From Candidatus Eiseniibacteriota bacterium (GTDB lineage Bacteria > Eisenbacteria > RBG-16-71-46), in the NCBI GenBank assembly GCA_036522895.1, contig DATDEX010000425.1, forward strand, positions 1 to 50,715: a stretch of 50,715 bases of DNA. The letters are read 5' to 3'. The notes under the pieces were generated by a model that was given only the letters and a program-made list of their open reading frames with translations, ran no database searches and was not told the DNA's origin. Made by a program: the position numbers and the translations under genes. Below, piece by piece: positions 42,039 to 50,715 of this stretch (positions within the stretch are counted from its first letter, which is position 1; each line of letters starts with the position of its first letter).

Positions 42039-42101
42039 GGGCACTCTCCTGTGGGTGGGTGCAGCGGGGAACGACGGCTCAGGGATACCAGCGTTGGGGG
42101 C

Positions 42102-42695
42102 TCAGTTCCAGCCGCCCGCTCGCGCGAGGTCCTTGTGGCAGCGGGCACACTGGGGGCGCACCGCGTCCGCGTGCAGCCACGTCCGGGCCGCCTCCCCCCC
42201 GCCGCGGTGCACCTGGTGACAGGCCACGCACGCGAGCTTCAAGCCGCTGTGGTCGCCCAGCTCGTGGAACTTGTCGGTCTCCTCGGCGGTGCCGGAGCCG
42301 TGGACCTGCCTCGCGTGGCACTTGAGGCACGCCTCGTTGGTGATTGGCAGCCGCATGGTTGTGGGCTCGTGCCGATCGCCCGCGATCCACCGGGCGGCAT
42401 CCCAGGCCGAAAGCAGCGTGACCTCGGTCCAGCCGCCGACGCCTTCGCCGCTGTGGCAGGTGAAGCAGCGCTCGGGGTGGCCGCCCCGCCGGGCGGCGTG
42501 GTGCGCGCCCGCCAGCGTCAGCGCCGGGCTCGCGGTCATGGTCTTGAGGAGCTCGCCGTGCAGGTGGCAGGCCACGCAGAACCCGTTCTCCTGGTCGAGC
42601 CGCTTGACGAGCGCGACCGGCAAGGCGACGGCGACGAGCACGATCGGGAGCCAGCGCCAGGCACGGACGGTTCGGGCGGGATCGGACGTCGGCAT
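42102..42695 (-). CDS. Membrane-anchored pentaheme cytochrome c (NapC/NirT/NrfH-like topology), 197 aa
   Basis: There is an N-terminal TM helix, WRWLPIVLVAVALPVALV. Five CxxCH motifs follow: CVACH, CFTCH, CLKCH, CVACH and CARCH. I confirmed CARCH on the DNA near 42130. Confidence 0.85.
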   Translation of the reverse strand: MPTSDPARTVRAWRWLPIVLVAVALPVALVKRLDQENGFCVACHLHGELLKTMTASPALTLAGAHHAARRGGHPERCFTCHSGEGVGGWTEVTLLSAWDAARWIAGDRHEPTTMRLPITNEACLKCHARQVHGSGTAEETDKFHELGDHSGLKLACVACHQVHRGGGEAARTWLHADAVRPQCARCHKDLARAGGWN

Positions 42696-42776
42696 CGGGT
42701 GCGGTGGACTCCGGGACGGGCGCGGACCGGGCGCGCGGACGGCGGCACGGCACGATAGCACAGCGGCGACAGCCCG

Positions 42777-43910
42777 CTACCGGAGCGCGAACTCCCAGCG
42801 CGCGCGCAGCTCGACGCCGAACTGCTCCTGGTCGAAGTTCGTCTGCGCGGCCGGGAACGTGATTCCCTGGTGGAACTCGGCCCGGCTGATGAGCCGCTCC
42901 CAGGTCGCGACGGCGTCGAGCGGTCCCCACACCCGCTGGGTGAGCCTGAGTCGTGTGTCGCGGCGGTGGTTCTCGCGGCCGAAGCGCAGGATGTCGAACT
43001 TGTTGTCGGTCGTGTAGCGGCGGACTTCCGGCATGAACGAGCCGTCGAACCGCCCGCGCCACGCGCCCCGCCCCCAGGGCAGCGCGAGCGAAATGCCGAC
43101 GCCGTCATGATCGTAGGAGATGTCCGTGTCGGTGACCCCGAGCGTGTCGGGCAGGTCGCCGCGGGCGTTCAGGTCCCCGCGCAGCCAGGTCACGCGCGCC
43201 GAGCCGTCCCAGCCCCGGAACGGCGTCGCCTCCGCCTGGAGCCGCCAGGAGTCGTTGTCGTTCATGCGCTCGAGGAAATGCCGGTTGTACTCGCGGTGGA
43301 TCCGCTCGAGCGCGCCGCCGAACTCGAGCCGCCCGCGCAGGAGCTCCTGGCGAAGCCGGAGCCCGTAGGTCGTCTGGGCGTATGAAAGCGAGTGCCGCAC
43401 CGTGCGTCCGGCAGCGACGGATTCGTCGATGTCGGTGATCTCGCCCAGGTAGTAGTCGGGGACCCGCCCGCCATAGAGCTCCGCCGTCAGCGGCCGCCGC
43501 CGCGAGGCGGTCAGCTCCTGCGAGGCCGAGAGCTCGAGCTCCTGCCAGTCGAAGACGCGGTCGTGATCGTAACGGTGGAATGCCGCGTCGAGGTCGAGTC
43601 GCGTCTCGCGCCGATCCCAGGGTCGCGCCCGCCACCGCAGCGAGCCCCGGGCGATCGTCGCCATGTCGCCCACCTGGGAGATGAGGAAGCGCGGCGGACC
43701 CGGACGGCGGGTGAAGAGATCGAGGGTCTGCCGCGTGAGCTGCAGCACGTTGTCGTCGTGCCCGCGCCCGAGCGAAAAGTTGAAGCCGAGCGGCGAGCGC
43801 CCGACGGACGCGCGGCGCGGCGGCGCTCCCGGCTCGGCCGCACGGGCGATCGCGGCCGCCGACGTTCCCACGAAGAGACAGACTGCCACGCAGAGCGCGC
43901 GTGTGCGCAT
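42777..43910 (-). CDS. Secreted protein, putative outer-membrane beta-barrel, 377 aa
   Basis: ATG 43910 has GGAG 9 nt upstream. The signal peptide is MRTRALCVAVCLFVGTSAAAIARA. There are many short amphipathic alternating stretches (RLRLTQRVWG and FGVELRARWEFAL). The C-terminal residue is Arg rather than aromatic, so the barrel call is tentative. The upstream ORF extension to 44282 was rejected. Confidence 0.7.
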   Translation of the reverse strand: MRTRALCVAVCLFVGTSAAAIARAAEPGAPPRRASVGRSPLGFNFSLGRGHDDNVLQLTRQTLDLFTRRPGPPRFLISQVGDMATIARGSLRWRARPWDRRETRLDLDAAFHRYDHDRVFDWQELELSASQELTASRRRPLTAELYGGRVPDYYLGEITDIDESVAAGRTVRHSLSYAQTTYGLRLRQELLRGRLEFGGALERIHREYNRHFLERMNDNDSWRLQAEATPFRGWDGSARVTWLRGDLNARGDLPDTLGVTDTDISYDHDGVGISLALPWGRGAWRGRFDGSFMPEVRRYTTDNKFDILRFGRENHRRDTRLRLTQRVWGPLDAVATWERLISRAEFHQGITFPAAQTNFDQEQFGVELRARWEFALR

Positions 43911-44019
43911 GGCGGATTGCTCCGAGAGCGTGTGGCGGAGCATGTGGCCGGACGGGTGACGGAGGCTGTGGCGGACTCGGTCGGGGGACGGGGCCTCTGC
44001 CGCAGGGGTCGCGCGCACG

Positions 44020-46287
44020 TTACGGCAGGAGCGTGACGCGGCGCAGTCGCATGCCACCGCTCGCGTCAGTGAGGCCGACGAGGTAGATCCCCGGCGGCGC
44101 GAGCCGGCCTTCGCTGCCGCGGGCATTCCAGACGACCGTCGTGGGCACGGGCGCGGGACCGTTCCAGAGCGTCGCCACCCGTCGCCCGGTGACGTCCCAG
44201 ACCGAAAGCTTCGCCGCGCCGTGCGGCGCCAGGAACGTGAACCGCACGTCGCGACGGGCGGGGTTCGGCAGCGGTGGCGCAAGCTCGAGCGCGCGGGCGG
44301 CGGGCGGGGCGACGGCCGTCGAGGTCGGCGCCAGCGTCTGGACCGGGAGCGTGAGGTCCGCGCTCACGACCACCCCCCGCCTCCAGGCCTCGGCGTAGTT
44401 GGATCCCACGGGCGGGACGTAACGGATGTCCCAGGTGCCGTTGTCCACCGGGAAGCTGAAGGACCCGAGCGAGTTGGTCTCCGTGTTCGCGGTCAAGAGC
44501 GGCGTGGACTGGTGCGCCGGGAACACCTGGAGCTCTACCCCGGCGATTCCGGCGTGCGTGCCCGCATCCTGGACGCTCCCCGAGAGCAGAAGTCCCGGGG
44601 ACAGCGTGACGGGCGGGAGCGTGGTGGAGCCGGACTCGAAGGGATAGGACACCGAGCGGGGGCGCAATCGCGAGCCGGCCGGCGGAAGGTAATGGAAATC
44701 GTACTGGCCCGGGGCGATCAAGACGTCGTAGCTCCCGTTCGCCGCGGTGAGTGCGTCGGGCGTGTAGACGTGGCGCGTGGTCCCGGCGCGAAGGACGTCG
44801 AGCGCCGCCCCGGCGACCGGCGCGCTCGCCTGGTCCGCGAGGCTGCCGCTCAGATGGATGCCGGTCACGAGGCTCGTCGTGGGCAACGTGGTCGTCGCGT
44901 TGATCACCACGCTGTCGACGGTGGCCGGGGCCAGGCCGTTGCAGGCCGGGGGGCCGTACTGAACGTCGTACGTGCCGGGCGCCACCACGACGCGGTAGTT
45001 CCCGGCCGCGTCGGTGGCGTCGTGCGTCAGATGCTGCGAGACCCGCGTCGCGTGATCGACCACGTTGACGTTGACGTTCTCGACCGGCTGGGCCGCTGGA
45101 CCCTGCACGTGGCTCGAGATCGCGACCCCCGCGAGCGCCGTCAACGTGCCGAGGTTGGCGGCGCCGGCGATCGCGACGCTCGGAAGGTGGATGACGCGCG
45201 CCGTGCTCCCGACGGGGGGCTCGACGTTGATGTCGTAGGTCCCGGGCGGCACCTCGATCGCGAAGGCCCCGCTGGCGCTCGTGTGGTCGCGTGCCGTGCC
45301 CTGGCGAGGGATCCCGGGCAGCGTCACGTCGAAGAACTTGACCCGCGCATCCACCATGGCCGAGCCGTCGGGATTGTGGACCACGCCGGACACGGTGACG
45401 GCGTTCCGGAGCGTGAACGTCCCGAGGCTCGCGGGCCCGCTCACGACCACGTCCACGAGGCGCGTCGCCTCGGACGGGGTGCAGAACGGCGGGTCGACCG
45501 TGAACGTGTAGGTGCCCGCGGGCATGACGATGCTGAAGTTGCCCGCGGCATCCGTGTTGTCGTGCGCGTTCGGCACCTCGTTGCCCGTGCACTTGTCGAA
45601 CGCGCTCAGATCCACCTCGGCGAGCGCGACGCTCGCGGCGTTCTGCACGTGACCGGTCACCGCGAACCCGGTCTTGAGGAAATCGGAGAGCCCGGAGATG
45701 TCGCTCCCGCCCACGACCAGCCCGAGCCGTTCACCGTCCGCGAACGGGCTCCCGGCCGGCGGGCGGAAGTCCACGTTCCACGTGCCCGGCGGCACGCGCA
45801 CGGACCAATTCCCGGCCGCGTCCGTCGAGCCCTTGGTGAGGAACACGCGGTGCTCGGTCGCGGCGTCGATGAACTTGAGGCCCATCCCCGCCGCCGGGCT
45901 GAACGTCGGCGTCAGGACCATGCCCGAGACGAGCCGGCCCTGGACGAGCGAGATCGTGCCGAGCGAGGCGTTCGTGGTCACCACCACCGCCTGGAGATCC
46001 CCGGCGGCCAGCGTGCTGCCCGCGGGCGGATTGAAGTGCAGGTCGTAGGTGCCGTTCGGCAGCGCGATGGAAAACGAACCGTCCGAAGCGGTGAGGTCGT
46101 TCGAGAGGAAGACGCTGGCGCCGGTGCACTGGTCGATCGCGTCGAGGTTCACGTTCGCGACCCCGATGCCGAAGTTGTCGTGGACGACGCCGGTGAGATT
46201 CGCGCCGGAGGCCCGGGTCGCGAGACCGAGGCCAACGACGAGCGTGAGCAGGGCAGCGACTTGGCCGCGACGAGGTGCGACGAGCAT
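44020..46287 (-). CDS. Secreted repeat protein with seven CarboxypepD_reg-like beta-sandwich units plus an FlgD-Ig-like C-terminal domain (paralog B), 755 aa
   Basis: The signal peptide is MLVAPRRGQVAALLTLVVGLGLATRASG. The ~90-aa units each contain xSGxV...D...TDAAGNYxxxVxPGTYDxxxxPPxGS. The tail is LPNPARRDVRFTFLAP...VWDVTGRRVATLW...PPGIYLVGL...RRVTLLP. The ORF extension to 46770 overlaps the next gene and was rejected. Confidence 0.85.
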   Translation of the reverse strand: MLVAPRRGQVAALLTLVVGLGLATRASGANLTGVVHDNFGIGVANVNLDAIDQCTGASVFLSNDLTASDGSFSIALPNGTYDLHFNPPAGSTLAAGDLQAVVVTTNASLGTISLVQGRLVSGMVLTPTFSPAAGMGLKFIDAATEHRVFLTKGSTDAAGNWSVRVPPGTWNVDFRPPAGSPFADGERLGLVVGGSDISGLSDFLKTGFAVTGHVQNAASVALAEVDLSAFDKCTGNEVPNAHDNTDAAGNFSIVMPAGTYTFTVDPPFCTPSEATRLVDVVVSGPASLGTFTLRNAVTVSGVVHNPDGSAMVDARVKFFDVTLPGIPRQGTARDHTSASGAFAIEVPPGTYDINVEPPVGSTARVIHLPSVAIAGAANLGTLTALAGVAISSHVQGPAAQPVENVNVNVVDHATRVSQHLTHDATDAAGNYRVVVAPGTYDVQYGPPACNGLAPATVDSVVINATTTLPTTSLVTGIHLSGSLADQASAPVAGAALDVLRAGTTRHVYTPDALTAANGSYDVLIAPGQYDFHYLPPAGSRLRPRSVSYPFESGSTTLPPVTLSPGLLLSGSVQDAGTHAGIAGVELQVFPAHQSTPLLTANTETNSLGSFSFPVDNGTWDIRYVPPVGSNYAEAWRRGVVVSADLTLPVQTLAPTSTAVAPPAARALELAPPLPNPARRDVRFTFLAPHGAAKLSVWDVTGRRVATLWNGPAPVPTTVVWNARGSEGRLAPPGIYLVGLTDASGGMRLRRVTLLP

Positions 46288-46403
46288 GCGGGAACCCTTT
46301 TCCTCGGGAGCGGAGCGAGATGCCGATCGACCGCCGGGCCCGCGGCCGGGCCGGCGAGGGGTGACGGCGCGGCCGGCGGGGAGCCGATCGCGCCGGGTGA
46401 AGC

Positions 46404-48677
46404 TCATTGGAACAGCGTGACGCGCCGGGTCCGGCTCGCGCCGCGCGAGTCGACGAGGCGCACGAGGTAGACGCCGGAGGGAAGCAGGCTCCCGCCATCG
46501 CGCGCCCCGTTCCACTGCACGGTGACGGGTGCGGCCGAACGTCCGCGCCAGAGCGTCGCCACGCGGCGCCCCGCGATGTCCCACGCCGTGAGCTCGGCCT
46601 CCCCTTCGGGCGCCGCGAACGTGAGGCTCACGTGCCGGCGGGCGGGGTTCGGCGAGGGTGCGGCGAGCGAGAGCGAGGCGCCCGCGCCGGGTCCCACGCC
46701 CGCGCTGGGCGGCGACAGCAGCATGTCCGCGAGCGGCAGGTCGGCGCCGACCGCGACCTGGTGCAGCCATTGTTCCGCGTACCCCGAGCCGACCGGCGGC
46801 ACGAAGCGAATGTCGTACGTGCCGGGATCGACCGAGACGTCGTAGGTGCCGAGCGTTCCGGTGACGTGGTGCGGCGTCCAGAGCACCGGGAAGTGGCCGC
46901 CCGGGTAGAACTCGAGCGTGACGCCGGCGAGCGGTACCAGCGTGCCCCCGTCACGGACGGTGCCCGAGACGAGCCAGCCGTTCGCGAGCACGGTGGTGGG
47001 GAGCGTCTCGGCTCCCGGCACCGGGACACCGAGGCTTTGCGCGGGGCGACTGCGGGACGTCGAGGGCGGGACGTAGTGGAGGTCGTACGTTCCGGTCGGG
47101 AGGAAGAGATCGTAGGCCCCGGCCGCGTCGGTCTGCGCTCCCGGCGTGTAGCGCTTGACCGCGCTGCCGGCCGCGAACACGTCGAGGTCGGCGCCGGCCA
47201 CGGCCAGGGCGGCGGGGTCGGTGACGTGACCCACGACGTGCACGCCGGGCTGGAGCGCGAGCGCCGCCAGCGACATGCTCGCGCTGACGATGACGCTGTC
47301 CCGCTGCCCCGCCGCCATGCCGTCGCACGCGGGCGTGTCGTAATGGAGGTCGTAGACGCCGGGGCTCACGTAGACGGTGAAGTTCCCGCTCGCGTCGGTG
47401 TTGTCGTTCGCGATCCGCTGCGAAGCGCGCGTGGTGTGATCGAGCACGTTGATGTTGACGTTCGCCATCGGCACGCTGCCGGGTCCCTGGAGGTGCCCGG
47501 AAATCGCCAGGCCGGCCGTCGTGTGGAGCGTCCCGAGGTCGATGTTGCCGGCCCCGGTCGAGATCGCGGCGAGGTGATAGACGAGCGCGTTCACGCCGGG
47601 CGGCGGGTCGATGTTGATGTCGTAAGTACCCGGCGGGACCTGGATGCTGAAGTGGCCGTTCGCGTCGGTGTGGTCGCGCGTGGCGCCCTGGCGCGGGCTC
47701 CCGAGCACGGTGGCGTCGTAGAACTTGAACTTGGCGTCGACCAGCGGCAGGCCGTTCGGCGCGAGCACGATGCCCGAGACGACGATGGCCGGCCCCAGCG
47801 CGAACGTTCCGAGGTCCGCCGAGCCGCTGACGAGCAGCGTGCCGATGCGGGTCGCCTCCACCCCCGCGCACGCCGGCGGATCCAGGGTGAACGTGTAGTC
47901 GCCGGCCGGCACCACGACGGAGAAGTTGCCGTTGACGTCGGAGTTGTCGTGGGACGTGGCGAGCTTCAGGCCGGTACATTTGTCGAAGAAGCTCACGTCC
48001 GCGTTCTTGATCTTCAAGTTCCCGCTCTTCGTGCGGATGTTCCCGATGAGCGTGAACCCGTTCGTCAGGACGTCGGAGAGGCCGGAGATGTCGGTGGCGC
48101 CGACCACGAGCGACGGCCGCACGGCGTCGCCGAACGTGGTGCCGGCGGCGGGCCGGAAGTCGACCGACCAGGTCCCCGGCGGCACCCGGATGGCGTAGTG
48201 GCCGGAGAGGTCCGTGAGCGTCTTGCTCATGAACGTGTGGTGGTCGGTGGCCACGTTGACGAACTTGAGGTCCACGTTCGCGGCCGCGGCGAGGCCCGGG
48301 GTCAGCACGGTCCCCGACACGAGCCGGCCCGGGTGGAGCGTCACGGTGCCCAGGCTGGCGTTCGCGGACACGATCAGGTCCGTGTGCTCACCCGCCGCGA
48401 GCGGGCTCCCGGGCGGCGGGATGAAGTGGACGTCGTACGTCCCCGCGGCGATCGTGATGCTGAACGTTCCGTCGGCCGCCGTGTGGTCGCTGGCCAGGAA
48501 CACGTTGTCACCCGAGCACTGGTCGATGAAGTCGATGTCGACGTTGCCGACCGCGACGCCGCCCTCGTCCTTCACGACCCCCGTGAGGGTCGCGGCGAGG
48601 CCGGGGGCGGGCAGCGCCAGCGCCGCCACCAGCGCCAGGGCGCGGAGCGGCATCGCAGGGAACCGGTGGGACCGCAT
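46404..48677 (-). CDS. Secreted repeat protein with seven CarboxypepD_reg-like units plus an FlgD-Ig-like C-terminal domain (paralog A), 757 aa
   Basis: AAGGAGAG lies 8 nt upstream of ATG 48677. The signal peptide is MRSHRFPAMPLRALALVAALALPAPGLA. It is collinear with paralog B along its whole length, and by eye roughly half the residues are identical. The tail is SPNPARRHVSLTFAAP...AWDIAGRRVATLW...PSGVYLVRL...RRVTLFQ. Confidence 0.85.
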   Translation of the reverse strand: MRSHRFPAMPLRALALVAALALPAPGLAATLTGVVKDEGGVAVGNVDIDFIDQCSGDNVFLASDHTAADGTFSITIAAGTYDVHFIPPPGSPLAAGEHTDLIVSANASLGTVTLHPGRLVSGTVLTPGLAAAANVDLKFVNVATDHHTFMSKTLTDLSGHYAIRVPPGTWSVDFRPAAGTTFGDAVRPSLVVGATDISGLSDVLTNGFTLIGNIRTKSGNLKIKNADVSFFDKCTGLKLATSHDNSDVNGNFSVVVPAGDYTFTLDPPACAGVEATRIGTLLVSGSADLGTFALGPAIVVSGIVLAPNGLPLVDAKFKFYDATVLGSPRQGATRDHTDANGHFSIQVPPGTYDINIDPPPGVNALVYHLAAISTGAGNIDLGTLHTTAGLAISGHLQGPGSVPMANVNINVLDHTTRASQRIANDNTDASGNFTVYVSPGVYDLHYDTPACDGMAAGQRDSVIVSASMSLAALALQPGVHVVGHVTDPAALAVAGADLDVFAAGSAVKRYTPGAQTDAAGAYDLFLPTGTYDLHYVPPSTSRSRPAQSLGVPVPGAETLPTTVLANGWLVSGTVRDGGTLVPLAGVTLEFYPGGHFPVLWTPHHVTGTLGTYDVSVDPGTYDIRFVPPVGSGYAEQWLHQVAVGADLPLADMLLSPPSAGVGPGAGASLSLAAPSPNPARRHVSLTFAAPEGEAELTAWDIAGRRVATLWRGRSAAPVTVQWNGARDGGSLLPSGVYLVRLVDSRGASRTRRVTLFQ

Positions 48678-48804
48678 GGGGAGTGCTCTCCTTTTCCTCT
48701 CTCGGTGAAGCGGGGGTGGGTCGTGCGCGGTGGGTGTCGCGCGGGGTGGCGGTGCGGCGATGGGTGCGGCGGGGGTCGGTCCTGCACAGGGGGTGGGCGT
48801 CGCG

Positions 48805-50706
48805 TCAGCGGCTGAGCACCGCCGCGCCGGGGACGTCGAAGAGCTGCTCGGCGAAGAGTTTCCGGTAGTCCCCGCCGCGGGAGAGCAGCTCGTCGTGCCG
48901 GCCCTCCTCGACGATGCGTCCGTCCTGCATCACGACGATTCGGTTCGCGCGGCGGACGGTGGACATGCGGTGGGCGATCACGAACGTGGTGCGGCCCCGC
49001 GTCAGCCGGGCGAGCGCCTCCTGGATGAGCGCCTCGGACTCGGCGTCCACCGCCGAGGTGGCCTCGTCGAGCACCAGGATCGGCGGATCGCTCAGCACGG
49101 CGCGAGCGAGCGCGATCCGCTGCAGCTGGCCGCCTGAGAGGCGCTGGCCGCGCTCCCCGACGTCCGTCTGGAAGCCATTCGGGAGCTGGACGATGAACTC
49201 GTACGCGTTCGCGATCCGTGCCGCCTCGAGCACCTGCTCGTCGGTCGCCTCGGGGAGCCCGTAGCGGATGTTCTCCGCGATCGTGCCGGAGAACAGGATC
49301 GTCTCCTGGGTCACGACGCCGATCTGGCGGCGGAGCGACTTCAAATCGACCTGCTGCACGTCCTGGCCGTCGATCAGCACCCGGCCGGACTCCGGGTTCA
49401 GGAACCGCAACAGGTGGCTGATGAGCGTCGTCTTGCCGGCGCCGTTCGCGCCCACGAGCGCGATCGTCTCCCCCCCGCGCGCGCGCAGCGTGATGCCCTG
49501 CAGCACCGGCTTTCCGGGCACGTACGAGAAATGGATGCCCTCGAAGGCCACGTCGCCGCGCGTAACGCGCAGCTCCGGTCCGCCGGCGCGCTCCTGGAAC
49601 GGGGTCGTGTCGTCGAAGAAGTCGAGGATGCGGTCGAGGGACACGCGCGACGCCTGGTAGGTCTCGTTCGTCTTCGCCAGCCGGCGGAGCGGCGGGAACA
49701 GCATGGAGCTGAGCGAGTAGAACGCCATCAGGCTGCCCTTGGTCATGATTCCGGCGAGGACCTCGCGGCCGCCGAACCACAGCACCATGGCCGCGCCGAG
49801 TGCCACGGTGGTGTTCGCGACAGCGGTGAGCAGGCCCCCCCAGCGCGCCTTTTCGATGAGCCGATCGCGGAGCCGGCCGGTCTGGGCCTCGACCCGACCG
49901 CTCTCGGCATCCTCCTGCACGAACGCCTTGACGATCACCGCGCCCGCGATCTTCTCCTGGAGGTGCCCGGAGAGCGCCGAGCGCTCGCGCCGCGCCGCCC
50001 GCCCGCTCTGGCGCAGGCGCGGGTTCAGGCTCAGGAACGCGGCGAGGTAGATCGGCATGGCGACGAGGACGATGAACGCGAGCTTCCAGTTGACGAGGAA
50101 GATCGAGACGAGCACCGCGAGCACCGTGACCATGTCCATGAGCGCGCGCATGTAGCCGTCGGTGATCATGTCCAGGACCGCGTTGATGTCGCCCATCAGC
50201 CGGAGCATGAGCTTGCCGGTGCGCGCCTCGCGGAACCAGCGCATGGACAGCGACTGGAGCTGGCGATACAGGTCTAGCCGCATGGCGTAGACCATGTACT
50301 GGCCGATCGTCTCGCTCACGGTGCGCTGCACGTAGACGAGCACGCCCTTCACGAGTGCCAGGCCCGCGAGCGCCACGAACAGCCCGAGCAGGAACGTCTC
50401 GGGTTCGACGGGCCGGCCGAGGAGCATGAGCCGGGAATGGTGCTTGAGCACCGCGTCGATGATGTGCTTGAGCATGAACGGCACCGGCACGTCGATGACC
50501 GCGAGCAGCAGCGAGAACGCGAGCGTGAGCCCGAGCAGGAGCCGGTGGTCGCGCGCGTACGGGACGAGCCGCGCGAGCTCCTCCCAGTGGCTTCGCTCGC
50601 GGCCCTCGTCCAGCGCCGCGTCAGCGGCCGCCGCGGCCGCCTCCGCCGGGGTCACCGTGACGGTTGCGGCCGCGAGCGTCGCCGGCTTGCCGGGGACCTC
50701 GCTCAC
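48805..50706 (-). CDS. ABC exporter with fused transmembrane and ATPase domains (MsbA/type I exporter-like), 633 aa or more
   Basis: It has six TM segments followed by an NBD. Walker A is GANGAGKTT, the signature is LSGGQLQRIALARA, Walker B is ILVLDEATSAVD and an H-loop is present (VIAHR). The GTG at 50706 is the first start in the window. The frame stays open to the window edge, so the true start may lie outside. Confidence 0.9.
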   Translation of the reverse strand: MSEVPGKPATLAAATVTVTPAEAAAAAADAALDEGRERSHWEELARLVPYARDHRLLLGLTLAFSLLLAVIDVPVPFMLKHIIDAVLKHHSRLMLLGRPVEPETFLLGLFVALAGLALVKGVLVYVQRTVSETIGQYMVYAMRLDLYRQLQSLSMRWFREARTGKLMLRLMGDINAVLDMITDGYMRALMDMVTVLAVLVSIFLVNWKLAFIVLVAMPIYLAAFLSLNPRLRQSGRAARRERSALSGHLQEKIAGAVIVKAFVQEDAESGRVEAQTGRLRDRLIEKARWGGLLTAVANTTVALGAAMVLWFGGREVLAGIMTKGSLMAFYSLSSMLFPPLRRLAKTNETYQASRVSLDRILDFFDDTTPFQERAGGPELRVTRGDVAFEGIHFSYVPGKPVLQGITLRARGGETIALVGANGAGKTTLISHLLRFLNPESGRVLIDGQDVQQVDLKSLRRQIGVVTQETILFSGTIAENIRYGLPEATDEQVLEAARIANAYEFIVQLPNGFQTDVGERGQRLSGGQLQRIALARAVLSDPPILVLDEATSAVDAESEALIQEALARLTRGRTTFVIAHRMSTVRRANRIVVMQDGRIVEEGRHDELLSRGGDYRKLFAEQLFDVPGAAVLSR

Positions 50707-50715
50707 AGGGCCGCG

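Noticed and set aside
1-50715. A search for mobile elements, prophage, integrons, toxin-antitoxin pairs or defence systems
   Set aside because: I recognised no transposase, integrase, recombinase, nuclease/helicase defence signature, terminal inverted repeat or compositional (AT-rich) island. GC content appears uniform across the window.

Overview
The window is a high-GC (by eye about 70%) bacterial chromosomal segment, densely coding on both strands. I found no rRNA, tRNA, CRISPR array, transposase, integrase or phage genes. I support 28 protein-coding genes, and the content is dominated by cell-envelope and secreted functions. Because of the GC content the six-frame track holds many long Arg/Ala/Gly/Pro-rich ORFs that are antisense or in alternative frames. 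I discarded these, and trimmed several real genes to internal starts that have Shine-Dalgarno sequences or signal peptides.

Genes supported:
- **Copper module:** a Tat-exported multicopper oxidase with an SCO-like copper chaperone.
- **Ubiquitin-like pair:** a MoaD/ThiS-like protein ending in GG, translationally coupled to a BNR beta-propeller.
- **Cytochrome-porin fusion:** a monoheme cytochrome fused to a porin, which I read as Cyc2-like.
- **Other genes in the first half of the window:** a DUF1259 protein, a SAM methyltransferase, a Ser/Thr kinase with TPR repeats, small and large outer-membrane proteins, and a YncE-like propeller.
- **One co-oriented minus-strand run:** a DUF2911 protein, a fused TRAP DctQM permease, a small membrane protein and an alpha/beta-hydrolase lipoprotein.
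- **Overlapping pair:** an S9 peptidase overlapping a GNAT acetyltransferase.
- **Giant surface protein:** a 12.7-kb gene for a ~4,240-aa protein that carries 19 in-phase 339-bp repeats.
- **Efflux pump:** an RND adaptor and pump.
- **Minus-strand cluster at the right end:** an ABC exporter, two tandem paralogous repeat proteins with FlgD-Ig-like C-terminal domains, a putative beta-barrel protein, a membrane-anchored pentaheme cytochrome and a secreted monoheme protein.

The candidates most worth follow-up are:
1. The giant adhesin-like gene and its unusually large C-terminal putative barrel.
2. The Cyc2-like cytochrome-porin fusion.
3. The barrel / pentaheme / monoheme module, as a possible non-canonical trans-envelope electron conduit.
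4. The MoaD-like/BNR pair, which has no E1-like activating enzyme nearby.

All functional calls come from motif recognition by eye. No database search was run.
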